A stretch of 64,000 nucleotides of DNA, from the NCBI GenBank assembly GCA_964465315.1, contig CAYXIK010000008.1, forward strand, positions 21,735-85,734, in the 5' to 3' direction. Each line of letters opens with the position of its first letter. Position 1 is the first letter of the stretch. The notes beneath the pieces were generated by a model. That model worked only from the letters and a program-made list of their open reading frames with translations. It ran no database searches and was not told where the DNA came from. The position numbers and the translations under genes are program-made. Source of the DNA: an uncultured Gemmatimonadaceae bacterium (GTDB taxonomy: Bacteria > Gemmatimonadota > Gemmatimonadetes > Gemmatimonadales > GWC2-71-9). Shown here piece by piece: positions 46,884 through 58,314 of the stretch.

Positions 46884-48460
46884 CGTTCCCCGCCGCTCGC
46901 GGTTCGCACGCCGAGCAGGGAACGGGGCCAGCGGATGACCGCCCGCGCGGCCTCCGCGACATCGCTCCAATCCCCACCGTGGGGAGAATTCCCCGGCTTC
47001 CGGAGGCGCCACAACCCGATCAAGCCGACCGCGGCAAACAGCAGATTCGGCGTCCACATCGCGAAAAACGGAGATATGATCAGCCGGTTGCCCAGCTCCT
47101 CCCCGCCGATCAACCCGACGTAGTACACGCTGAACACCGCGACGCTCAGTCCGATCACGAGCCCCACGCCGCCGCGCTGGAAGCGGAGGGCGATCGGGGC
47201 GCCGAGCAGCGCGAACACGAGGCAGGCGGTGGCGATGGCGAATTTCTTCTGGATCTCCACCTCGTACGTCGCTACGCGCGAGAGCGCGCCGTGCAGACGT
47301 TGGTCTTCGCCGACGCCGGCGCCCGGCGTGATGTACACGGCGGGCGGCTGAGGCTGAGGCGGGCGCGCGATTCCCGCTGAGGGAGGGGGCGCCTGAGGCA
47401 GGTGGCGGGGCTCCATGCGGGGACGGGGCGAGGCGGGCGGCCTCGGTTGCTGCGGCGCCTGAGCGCTGGCCGCGCGCGGGAGGAGCCACGCGCCGATGCG
47501 CCGCAGGGCGCGGCAGTACGCGCCGACCGGCGTCGTATCGGGATCGGACCGGCCCGGGACGCGCACGATGGGTACCAGGCCCGTCAGCCGGCGCAGGTCG
47601 TTTTCGATCGCGAGTCGCGTGTCGTCCGCGGCGCGCTCGGCGTCGCGGCGCGCATCGCCGGCGGCGAGCCGCATCTCGCACGTGGACATCTCACGGTCGC
47701 TTTTGTAGGTGTCATTCTCCGTGCGTTGCAGGGTGTTGCCGACTCCCGTCACCCGCATGCGATTCGTGTGGAAGAACGTCCGGTTGAACTGGGACGGATC
47801 CGTGCGGCTCACTTCCTCGATCGCCCCGTCCAGGAGCGTCAAGAAGAGATCCCGTCCGCCGGAGGCGTACGCCATGCGCCCGCTGTCCGCCGTGACGATG
47901 CGCCGACGCTCGGCGTTGCCCAGATCGTAGATCGTCACGTCCTTGAGCTTGTTCGAGCTGCCGTCGATGCGCGCCGCGCGCAGAAAGAACTGACCCGACA
48001 CGACCTCGTTGATCACTTGCTCCTTGAGCGTCAGCGACGGCTTCTTCCGTTGGATATCCACCTGCAGCGTGCGCAGCTCGTGGTTCGTGCGGGGCAGGAG
48101 CTGGTCGTTCCACAGGAACGACAGCACGGCGACGCCGGCGGCGCCGCCCAGCACTGGCGTGACGAGCCGCAACATGCTCACGCCCCCGGCCTGCAGCGCG
48201 GTGATCTCGTTGTCGCCGGCGAGCCGCGTAAACACGTGTAGCACCGCTACGAGCACGGCCATCGGCAGCGTCACGGCGATGATGAACGGCAGGGACAGCA
48301 CGAAAACCTCGATGATCACGCCGGTCGGCAGGCCCTTCCCGAGCAGGCTCGAGAGCTGCTTGGCGACCTGTTGGATGAGCATGAGCGAGGTGAGCGCCGT
48401 CAGGGCGAACCCGAGCGGCGCGAGATGCTGGCGCAGGAGATACCGGTTGATGGTGCGCAC
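46880..48460 (-). CDS. lptF: LPS export permease LptF with a Pro-rich insertion
   Basis: INRYL, LAGDNEITALQAGGVS, KKFAIATAC, AMWTPN; GTG 48460 preferred because ATG 48475 overlaps the -10 box. Confidence 0.85.
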   Translation of the reverse strand: MRTINRYLLRQHLAPLGFALTALTSLMLIQQVAKQLSSLLGKGLPTGVIIEVFVLSLPFIIAVTLPMAVLVAVLHVFTRLAGDNEITALQAGGVSMLRLVTPVLGGAAGVAVLSFLWNDQLLPRTNHELRTLQVDIQRKKPSLTLKEQVINEVVSGQFFLRAARIDGSSNKLKDVTIYDLGNAERRRIVTADSGRMAYASGGRDLFLTLLDGAIEEVSRTDPSQFNRTFFHTNRMRVTGVGNTLQRTENDTYKSDREMSTCEMRLAAGDARRDAERAADDTRLAIENDLRRLTGLVPIVRVPGRSDPDTTPVGAYCRALRRIGAWLLPRAASAQAPQQPRPPASPRPRMEPRHLPQAPPPSAGIARPPQPQPPAVYITPGAGVGEDQRLHGALSRVATYEVEIQKKFAIATACLVFALLGAPIALRFQRGGVGLVIGLSVAVFSVYYVGLIGGEELGNRLIISPFFAMWTPNLLFAAVGLIGLWRLRKPGNSPHGGDWSDVAEAARAVIRWPRSLLGVRTASGGER

Positions 48461-48473
48461 GATCGGTGGCGCC

Positions 48474-48502
48474 ATTATATTCGGAAGCTCAAGTCCCTAC
48501 AA
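48474..48502 (-). promoter_or_regulatory. Sigma70 promoter TTGTAG-N17-TATAAT for lptFG
   Basis: Perfect -10 at 48479-48474. Confidence 0.6.
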
Positions 48503-48517
48503 GACATCACTACCCCC

Positions 48518-49441
48518 GTGACCACTCGAAAGAGCCGCGTAAGGCGCCCCCCCCTGGCCGCCTGCCTCGCGCTCGCCGTTGCCTGCACGGCAAAGAGCGG
48601 GGCCGTCCGGCCCCATGAGTTCGGCGGGCAGCGCGCCTTTGGCTACCTCGAGCGTCAGATGCAGTTCGGCCCGCGCATTCCTGGCACCCCCGCCCACGAG
48701 CGCACCGGAGACTGGATCCTCGAGCGGCTCCGCGCCATGGCGGATACGGTGGTCGTGCAGTCCATCACCCACGTCACGCGCCGGGGCCAGACCCTGCACC
48801 TGCGCAACTTCCTCGCGCGGTTCCGGCCCGCCGCCACCGACCACGTCCTCCTCCTCGCCCATTGGGACACGCGCCCGCACGCGGACCAAAGTCCGAACCT
48901 GGGGCAGCAGCGCTTACCCGTTCCCGGGGCCAACGACGGCGCCTCGGGCGTCGCGGTCCTTCTCGGCGTGGCGGACGCGCTCAAAGCCAAGGCGCCCGGG
49001 ATGGGCGTCGATCTCCTGTTCGTCGACGGCGAGGACTACGGCGACTTCGCGACCGACACGAACGACGTCCTCGTCGGTTCCCGATACTTCGCCGCCCACC
49101 AGCCCCCGGGCTATCCGCCTCTCTTCGCCGTGCTGTTCGATATGGTGGCCGACAAGGACCAGCAGTTTTACTACGAAGCCAACTCAGAGGCGTTCGCTCC
49201 GGAAGTCGTCGATCGGGTCTGGCACGTTGCGGCGGATCTGGGCTACAGTCGCGTCTTCATCCCCGGCGTGAAGCACAACCTGACCGACGATCACGTCGCG
49301 CTGCAGAAGGCGGGCATCCACGCGATCGATGTCGTGGACTTCGACTACCCGTACTGGCATACGACGGACGATACGATCGACAAGGTGAGTGCCGCTTCCC
49401 TCCAGGTCGTCGGTGACGTGGCGGTGGCCTTGGTCCGCTGA
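48518..49441 (+). CDS. M28-family lipoprotein (glutaminyl cyclase-like)
   Basis: Lipobox LAVAC; AHWDTR, GANDGASG, DGED, DMV, WHTTDD. Confidence 0.88.
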   Translation: MTTRKSRVRRPPLAACLALAVACTAKSGAVRPHEFGGQRAFGYLERQMQFGPRIPGTPAHERTGDWILERLRAMADTVVVQSITHVTRRGQTLHLRNFLARFRPAATDHVLLLAHWDTRPHADQSPNLGQQRLPVPGANDGASGVAVLLGVADALKAKAPGMGVDLLFVDGEDYGDFATDTNDVLVGSRYFAAHQPPGYPPLFAVLFDMVADKDQQFYYEANSEAFAPEVVDRVWHVAADLGYSRVFIPGVKHNLTDDHVALQKAGIHAIDVVDFDYPYWHTTDDTIDKVSAASLQVVGDVAVALVR

Positions 49442-49444
49442 GTG

Positions 49445-49541
49445 GGTGCGTAGTGCGCGGTGCGCGGTTTTTCCCGTGCTGCGCCACCGACGTCAATTGG
49501 ATGCATGCCACCGGCGGATACCGCGCACTACGCACCGCGCA
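49445..49541. repeat. Inverted element built from heptamer units (GTGCGYR)x3
   Basis: GGTGCGTAGTGCGCGGT (49445-61) is the perfect reverse complement of ACCGCGCACTACGCACC (49520-36). Confidence 0.8.
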
Positions 49542-49619
49542 TCCCGGGCGCGATTCCGGCCCCCATCGCGGGAATTCGTTCTCGTCACATGTGGGTCGCT
49601 GGATTACCGTCCGCTCGCC

Positions 49620-50030
49620 ATGGACGACCGCCGCGCCGCCCTTCTACTCGCCTGCCTCACGCTCGCGGGCGCCGGCGTGCGCCTCGCGCTCGCGCCGTCC
49701 ACGGAGGCCGCGCCGGGCGACGTCCGATTGGTCGCGTTGGACACACCACCAGCGAACGGACTCCGCGCCACTGCGCGCAACGCCGCGCGGCTCGCGCGCC
49801 CGCTCTTGCCAGGCGAACGCGTCGACCTCGACCGAGCCGACGTGACGGAGATCACGCGCCTGCCGCGAATCGGGCCCGCCTTCGCTCAGCGGATCGTCGC
49901 CTGGCGCGAGCAACACGGTTCCTTCGGCGGGCTTGCGCGATTCGACAGCGTGCCGGGCGTCGGTCCGAAGCTCCTCGACGCCCTCCGACCCTACGTGATG
50001 TTTTCGGGGGTATCGGCGCCCGCGCCTTGA
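49620..50030 (+). CDS. comEA: ComEA-family helix-hairpin-helix DNA-binding protein
   Basis: N-terminal anchor; VDLDRAD...LPRIGP...FDSVPGVGPK. Confidence 0.8.
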   Translation: MDDRRAALLLACLTLAGAGVRLALAPSTEAAPGDVRLVALDTPPANGLRATARNAARLARPLLPGERVDLDRADVTEITRLPRIGPAFAQRIVAWREQHGSFGGLARFDSVPGVGPKLLDALRPYVMFSGVSAPAP

Positions 50031-50054
50031 CTTCCCTTCGCCGCCACGTATGTT
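50027..50054 (+). promoter_or_regulatory. Putative sigma70 promoter TTGACT-N16-TATGTT for pilBTC
   Basis: Overlaps the comEA stop and abuts ATG 50055. Confidence 0.4.
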
Positions 50055-51787
<1,733 letters not shown>

Positions 51788-51791
<4 letters not shown>

Positions 51792-52951
51792 CGGCTGGCG
51801 CGTCGCAAGGGCTCAATCTCCGCTCCCTGCTCGAGGAGATGATCGAGAAGGACGCTTCGGACCTGCACATCGTCGCGGGTGAGCGTCCCAAACTCCGCGT
51901 CGACGGGGACATCGTGAACGCGGGCGTCGACGCCGTCCTCACGCCAAAGGACACACTCTCGATCGCCTACTCGGTCCTCACCGAGAACCAGAAGAAGCGG
52001 TTCGAGACCGAGAACGAGCTCGATTTCTCGTTCGGGATCCAGAACCTCGCGCGCTTCCGCGGCAACTGCTTCAAGCAGCGCGGGTGCGTGTCGCTCGTCA
52101 TCCGGCAAATCCCGTTCAACGTGCGGACCTTCGAGGAACTGGGGCTGCCGCCGGTCGTGGCCAAGCTGGCCGAGAAGCCGCGCGGGCTCGTCCTCGTGAC
52201 AGGGCCCACCGGGTCAGGCAAGAGCACGACCCTCGCCGCGATGGTCGACAAGATCAACAAGGAGCTGAAGGGCCACATCATCACGGTGGAGGACCCGATC
52301 GAGTTCATCCACCGCCATCAGGCCTGCATCGTCAACCAGCGGGAGATCGGGACCGACACGAACAGCTTCGCGTCGGCGCTCAAGTATGCGCTGCGGCAAG
52401 ACCCGGACGTGGTGCTCATCGGCGAGATGCGGGACCTCGAGACGATCGCCGCCGCCCTCACCATCGCGGAGACGGGGCATCTCGCCTTCGCGACGCTCCA
52501 CACCAACTCGGCGATGGAGAGCATCAACCGCATCATCGACGTCTTCCCGTCGCACCAGCAGGCCCAGGTGCGCGCGCAGCTGTCGTTCGTGCTGGAAGGC
52601 GTCATTACCCAGACGCTCCTCCAGAAGATCAAGGGTCGCGGCCGGGTGATGGCGGCCGAGATCCTGGTGATGACCCCAGCAGTCCGCGCGCTGATCCGCG
52701 ACGAGAAGATCGAGCAGATCCCGTCGATGATGCAGGCGGGCAAGAAGCACGGGATGCAGACTCTGAACGACGCGCTCTATCAGCTGTACGTGGGCCGCGA
52801 GGTCACGAAGGACGAATGCCTGCGCGTGACATCGACGCCGAACGAGTTCCTGCGGATGATCGGCGAGCAGCCCATGGACGAAAAGGACGTGCTGTCGCCG
52901 ACCGCGGCGCCGCAGCAACCCGGCGCCGGCAAGGTCGCGGCTCGTCGTTAA
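51788..52951 (+). CDS. pilT: Type IV pilus retraction ATPase
   Basis: ASDLH, GPTGSGKST, TVEDPIE, ALRQDPD, AETGH, ATLHT. Confidence 0.95.
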
Positions 52952-52972
52952 GCGCCCGGAAGGGAGTGAGCC

Positions 52973-54178
52973 ATGCCGGTCTTTCAGTACACCGCCCGCA
53001 CGCTCAAAGGCGATCTGGTCAACGACAAGATCGACCTGCCGACGCGGGACGACGTCATCGCGCACCTGCGCAAGAACCGCATGGTGGTGGTGCAGGTCCG
53101 GGCGGCGCCGAAGGAGTTCAAGCTCAGCCTGAAGTTCGGCGGCGGCGTCCGGACCCGCGACGTCGTCGTCTTCACGCGCCAGTTCGCCACCATGATCAAC
53201 GCCGGCTTGCCCTTGGTGCAGGCCCTCGACATCCTGGCGCAGCAGACCGAGAACAAGATCCTGGCCGACGTCACCCGCCAGGTGGTGTACGACGTGGAGA
53301 GCGGCCAGACGCTCGCCGACGCCCTCCGCAAGCACCCGAAGGCGTTCAGCGACCTGTACGTCAACATGGTCGCGGCGGGTGAAGCGGGCGGTATCCTCGA
53401 CACCATTCTCGTCCGGCTCGCCGAGTTCCTCGAGAAAAACGACGCCATCGTACGCAAGGTGAAGGGCGCGATGATCTACCCAGGCGTCATTCTCTCGGTG
53501 GCGGTCATCGCCGTATCAGTGCTGCTGATTTTCGTGATTCCGACCTTCCAGAACATGTTCGCCTCCGTCAACCTGCAGCTGCCCCTGCCGACACGGATCG
53601 TGATCGGCGCGAGCAGCGTGCTGAAGAGCTACTGGTGGGCCATCCTCGGGGTCATCGGGTTCGCCGTCTTCGGCGTCAATCGGTACTACAAGACCGCGGC
53701 GGGCCGTCTCCAGATCGACACGCTGCTGCTCAAGATGCCGGTGCTGGGCGATGTGCTTCGCAAGGCCGCCGTGTCGCGCTTCACGCGGACGCTCGGGACC
53801 CTGATCTCGTCGGGCGTGTCCATCCTCGACGGCCTGGAGATCACGGCGCGCACCGCCGGGAACATGGTGATCCACAATGCAGTGATGGAGTCCCGCGCGT
53901 CCATCGCGGGTGGCGAAACCATCTCGGCCCCGCTCGCCAAGTCCAAAGTGTTCCCGCCGATGGTGATCTCCATGATCTCCGTGGGCGAGCAGACCGGCGG
54001 TATGGACGAGATGCTGTCGAAGATCGCTGACTTCTACGACGACGAGGTGGACGCCGCCGTGAGCGCCCTGCTGTCGCTCATGGAGCCGGTCATGATCGTC
54101 GTGCTGGGCGTGATCGTCGGCGGTATGGTGGTAGCCATGTATCTGCCGATCTTCGACATGGTGAACGCGGTGCAGTAG
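52973..54178 (+). CDS. pilC: Type IV pilus platform protein (GspF family)
   Basis: FTRQFATMINAGLPL, AGEAGGILD, GAMIYP, GEQTG, MYLPIF. Confidence 0.95.
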   Translation: MPVFQYTARTLKGDLVNDKIDLPTRDDVIAHLRKNRMVVVQVRAAPKEFKLSLKFGGGVRTRDVVVFTRQFATMINAGLPLVQALDILAQQTENKILADVTRQVVYDVESGQTLADALRKHPKAFSDLYVNMVAAGEAGGILDTILVRLAEFLEKNDAIVRKVKGAMIYPGVILSVAVIAVSVLLIFVIPTFQNMFASVNLQLPLPTRIVIGASSVLKSYWWAILGVIGFAVFGVNRYYKTAAGRLQIDTLLLKMPVLGDVLRKAAVSRFTRTLGTLISSGVSILDGLEITARTAGNMVIHNAVMESRASIAGGETISAPLAKSKVFPPMVISMISVGEQTGGMDEMLSKIADFYDDEVDAAVSALLSLMEPVMIVVLGVIVGGMVVAMYLPIFDMVNAVQ

Positions 54179-54203
54179 CGGGTCCGGGCAGACGTCAGCA
54201 GTG

Positions 54204-54231
54204 GATGGCCTCCCCGCAGGGGGAGGCCGTC
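54204..54231. terminator. Hairpin between convergent pilC and glycosidase genes
   Basis: GATGGCCTCCCC-gcag-GGGGAGGCCGTC. Confidence 0.7.
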
Positions 54232-54236
54232 GCGCA

Positions 54237-57200
54237 TCAGGGTCCCGTGTGAGGTGGGGCCCCACGACCGCTTTCGTCGATCGCCGAGATGACGTCCTTG
54301 AGGGGGGTCTTGCGGAGCTCGACGCCGAACGCCGGTAGCGCGCGCTCGATCACGTCGCCGAACCGGCGGGCGGCGTCGGTGAGCCGTTGGGCGAACAAGT
54401 CGTGCACGGCGATCTGCTGCGCGGTGGGCGCGAAATCGGCTCCGTTCTCGGAGACGTCCGACTGCAGCGCTGCGAGCCTGCCGTAGAGCTGCATCGGCGA
54501 GCGGAACGCATCCTCCCGCGCGCCCGTCAAGTGCACGTCGAAAAGGACACCCTCCACACCGAGGGCGCGCGCGTCGAGCGAGTCGGCCAGCGCGGCGATG
54601 CGCTTGGCGTTCGAGTCCCCAACCACCGCGGAGTCGCCGCGCAGCTGCCCGACGAGGTCACGCAGCTGCTTCCGGACCCATTCGAGCCGGTTGATCATCC
54701 GGGCGACACTGTCCTGCTCGCCCCGGATCGCCAGCGCCAGCCGCGTTTGCGCCTGCACATCGCTGTCCGTCCCCGTTGTATTGGGGTCCTTGAGGACCGT
54801 GAGAGGTTGCGTAAGCGTGACCGCGGAGTTCGCCCGGCTCCCCGTGTCGGCGACCGTCAGGCGCACGGTGTAGGTGCCGGGAGGCGCGAGCGGACCCCGG
54901 AGCGACAGGTCCAGGTCCCAGGTCACGAGCGGACGCGTACCGTCGGACCCGACCCGGACGAACGCCTTGCCCGGCGGCGGGGTCCGAAGCTTGGGCACCG
55001 TGGGGGACGCGTAGCGCAGGTCCCACCACACCCGGTTCAAGCCTGGCCGCCGCTCTCCCTCGAGCGTGCGCACGGTATCCCCCGTCGGGCCGAGGATGAC
55101 GATTCTGGCCGGCTTCAGCCGGTGCGCGGTGTCGGGCGGCGTGCTCGTATCCGCCACCGACGGTGACACGTAGTACGTCAGGTCCGCGCCGTACGGAACC
55201 GTGTCGGGCTCCACCGCGCTGTTCGGCGCGCTCGCGACGCCCTGTTGTGGCCGGTACCGGTACGCCTGGCGGGGCGTGAAGAGGAAGGCCTTCGCGGCCA
55301 GTGTCACGGGCTCGAGCTGCTCGAGCGGCGATATGTCCTCCAGGATCCACGCGCCCCGTCCATAGGTGGCGACCACGAGGTCGCGGGCGTGGGGCTGCAC
55401 CGTCAGCCAGGAGACCGGCGCGTGGGGTAGGTTGGTCTGCAACGGCAGCCAATGCGCGCCATCGTCGATCGTCACGTATACGCCGCTTTCGGTACCCGCG
55501 TAGAGCATGCCGGCTCGGCTCGGATCCTCGCGGACCACGTGTACGAACCCGAGGGGAGAGCGGGGCAGGGCATCCGAGATTCGCTTCCAGGTCTTGCCGA
55601 AGTCGGTCGTCTTGTAGATGTACGGGTCGAGGTCGTCGAGCTCGTGCAGGTCCGCCGAGAGGTACGCGGTTCCCGGGTTGAAGCGCGACGGCTCGATGTT
55701 CGAGATCTTGGCCCACGGCGCGAGCTTGGGGATGCCCGCAGTGACGTTCACCCATGTACCGCCGCCGTCACGGGTGACGTGCACGAGGCCGTCGTTCGAG
55801 CCCGCCCAGATCACGCCCGATTGCACCGGAGACTCGGCCAGGGCGAACAGCGTGGCCCCGTCGAAGGTCATGAGGTTGTCGGTCGTGACGCCGCCCGAGC
55901 TCTGCTGGTGCGTGGTGTCGTTCCGCGTGAGGTCCGGGCTGATCACCTTCCAGCTCGCCCCGCCGTCGGTCGTTACATGCACGTACTGGCTGCCGACGTA
56001 CACGCGGGCGTGGTCGTGCGGCGAGATGGCGATCGGGAACGTCCAGTTCCAGCGGTACTTCAGATCGGCCGGCCGCCAGCCGTACGCGGCCTCCGGCCAA
56101 ACGCGCACGTTCCGGGCGTGGTCCGTTCGCACGTCGTACACCTCGAGGCCTCCGTCGTAGCAACCCGACCAGACCGTCGTGTTGGTGACCGTGTCGGGGA
56201 TGCCGAAGCCGCTCTCGCAGCCGCCCACGTGCCCCCATTGGCCCTCCGATGCCCCGCCCGACAAGCTCCGGCTCGGCATGCGGTACGACGTACCGTCCTG
56301 CCGGTTGCCGTACAAGTTGTAGGGGACGCGAGTGTCGGTATGCACGTGGTACAGCTGGGCGATGGGCAGCACGACCCGCGTGAACGTCTTGCCCCGATTG
56401 AGCGTGATGCTCGCGCCCCCATCGTGCGCGATCATGAAGCGGTCGGGGTTCAGCGGGTCGATCCAGACGTCGTGATTGTCACCGCCACCGTGGAAATCCG
56501 ACCGACCGAGCGAGCGGCCGCCATCCCGGGAAATGCTGAAGCGGACGGAGACGAAGTACAGGCGGTCCTCGTCGTCCGGCGCCACGGCGAAGCGGACGTA
56601 GTACGGCGCGCGCTCGGCCATGTTGTGATCCCGGCTCACGAGGCGCCACGTGACGCCCCGATCGTCGCTCCTGTAGAGCGCCGGATCCTGATCCTCGATC
56701 AGCGCGTACACGGTATTCGGGTTCGAGACGGCGACCGCGACGGCGATCTTGCCCACCGTGTGCTGCGCGTCGGGCAGTCCGCGTCCGGCGAGGCGCGTCC
56801 AGGTCACGCCGCCGTCGCGCGAGACCCAGAGGCCGCTGCCCGGTCCGCCGCTCTGGAGATGCCACGTCTTGACCTCGAACTGCCACATCCCCGCAAAGAC
56901 GGTGTTGGGATCGCCCGGATCCATGGCGAGGTCGGAGCACCCGGTGTTGGGATCCACGAACAGCACCCGCGCCCAGGTCTTCCCGCCGTCTGCCGTGCGG
57001 TACACCCCGCGATCCTGGGCCGGACCGTAGGCCCGCCCCAGGGCGCACACGAGCACCACCTCGGGGTTCGTCGGGTCGATCACGATGCGCGCGATTCGAC
57101 CCGTGGCGTCGAGCCCCATGTGGCGCCAACTGCGGCCGCCGTCCGTCGATCGGTAGACGCCGTTGCCGAGCGCCGTCGTCGACCGGATGAAGAACGTTTC

Positions 57201-57515
57201 GCCGGTGCCCGCCCACAGCACGTTGCGCGCCGAGGGCGCGATAGCGAGGGCGCCGATCGCCTGCGCCGGCGCGCTGTCGAACACCGCCCGCCAGTGTACC
57301 CCGCCGTCTTCCGTCTTCCAGATTCCGCCGGACGCGGCGCCAACGTAGGCCACCAGAGAATTGCCGGGCTCCCCCACGACGGCGATCGCGCGGTTCCCTT
57401 CGGGGCCGACGAAGCGGTAGCGGAGACGCGTCCACAGCGTGGTGTCAAGCTGTTGGGCGCCGAGGCCGGCGGCGAGCAGCGCGTGCATCGCGAAGACGAT
57501 ATGAAACCGGATCAT
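54237..57515 (-). CDS. Large exported BNR/Asp-box (VPS10-like) beta-propeller glycosyl hydrolase
   Basis: Signal peptide; many S/TxDGGxxW Asp-boxes (TEDGGVHW, STDGGRSW, SRDGGVTW, TTDFGKTW). Confidence 0.88.
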   Translation of the reverse strand: MIRFHIVFAMHALLAAGLGAQQLDTTLWTRLRYRFVGPEGNRAIAVVGEPGNSLVAYVGAASGGIWKTEDGGVHWRAVFDSAPAQAIGALAIAPSARNVLWAGTGETFFIRSTTALGNGVYRSTDGGRSWRHMGLDATGRIARIVIDPTNPEVVLVCALGRAYGPAQDRGVYRTADGGKTWARVLFVDPNTGCSDLAMDPGDPNTVFAGMWQFEVKTWHLQSGGPGSGLWVSRDGGVTWTRLAGRGLPDAQHTVGKIAVAVAVSNPNTVYALIEDQDPALYRSDDRGVTWRLVSRDHNMAERAPYYVRFAVAPDDEDRLYFVSVRFSISRDGGRSLGRSDFHGGGDNHDVWIDPLNPDRFMIAHDGGASITLNRGKTFTRVVLPIAQLYHVHTDTRVPYNLYGNRQDGTSYRMPSRSLSGGASEGQWGHVGGCESGFGIPDTVTNTTVWSGCYDGGLEVYDVRTDHARNVRVWPEAAYGWRPADLKYRWNWTFPIAISPHDHARVYVGSQYVHVTTDGGASWKVISPDLTRNDTTHQQSSGGVTTDNLMTFDGATLFALAESPVQSGVIWAGSNDGLVHVTRDGGGTWVNVTAGIPKLAPWAKISNIEPSRFNPGTAYLSADLHELDDLDPYIYKTTDFGKTWKRISDALPRSPLGFVHVVREDPSRAGMLYAGTESGVYVTIDDGAHWLPLQTNLPHAPVSWLTVQPHARDLVVATYGRGAWILEDISPLEQLEPVTLAAKAFLFTPRQAYRYRPQQGVASAPNSAVEPDTVPYGADLTYYVSPSVADTSTPPDTAHRLKPARIVILGPTGDTVRTLEGERRPGLNRVWWDLRYASPTVPKLRTPPPGKAFVRVGSDGTRPLVTWDLDLSLRGPLAPPGTYTVRLTVADTGSRANSAVTLTQPLTVLKDPNTTGTDSDVQAQTRLALAIRGEQDSVARMINRLEWVRKQLRDLVGQLRGDSAVVGDSNAKRIAALADSLDARALGVEGVLFDVHLTGAREDAFRSPMQLYGRLAALQSDVSENGADFAPTAQQIAVHDLFAQRLTDAARRFGDVIERALPAFGVELRKTPLKDVISAIDESGRGAPPHTGP

Positions 57516-57624
57516 GAGTGACTGCGCCTGGGCGGAAGGTCGGCTAAGAATGGCGGCCGGCTCGCCCACGCGCGAGAGGCGGCCAGGGGTGGCTGGGACG
57601 CGGGCGGCCAGTACATTCGGGCGG

Positions 57625-58300
57625 ATGAGCGTTTCCGACCATCGGGAGCCGACACCGGCCCGCACCGGCACTCTGCGCCACGACGCTCCGCCCATGCGCC
57701 TGTACCATGAGGCCAAGACGTTCGGCGCGTGGGACCCACGGAGTCTGGATCTGCGGCGCCCTGGCGGAAGAGGGGCACCACACCGAGTTCTTCCGACGCG
57801 TGCTAGACGAAGTGTGCCACCAATCCGGCGACCTCCAACGCTACCAGACACCGAGCTTCCGCCGGTTGTTTGCCGAGCACGTACCAGCGGCCATGCACCT
57901 GCTGCTCACCGATCCCTCCCCCGTCGCTCAGGGCGAGGCGCTCGTCGCGTACAGCCTGGTCGGCGAGGGTGTCCTCGGCGACGCAGGCTATCATTTGTTC
58001 GAGACCGCGTTCGCGGGCGGCCAATTGATGCCAGGGTTCCGCGATGGCCTCGCGCGCTCTCAGGCCGATGAGGCCCGACACGTGGCGTACGGCCTGTTCC
58101 TGCTGTCCCGCCTCGTGGCCGCTGATCCCCACGTGTGGATCGCGGTAAGCCGGCGCATGGAGGAGCCGCTGCCGCCCACGCTTGACGTGATCGCCGCGCT
58201 CCGGGCGCACCACGTTCCCGAGCGGCTCCGCACGGGCGGCAAGATGCGGCTGACGTTTCTGGCCACGCGCGGCAAGATCATCGTGCAGCCGTCGGAATGA
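57625..58300 (+). pseudogene. R2-like ligand-binding oxidase (R2lox) with an internal deletion and frameshift near 57755-57765
   Basis: One frame gives PPMRLYHEAKTFGAWDPRSLDL (R2lox N-terminus); another frame resumes at EEGHHTEFFRR...VGEGVLGDAGY...DEARH; about 60-70 codons are missing between them. Confidence 0.78.
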
Positions 58301-58314
58301 CGGCAGGTGGCGAC

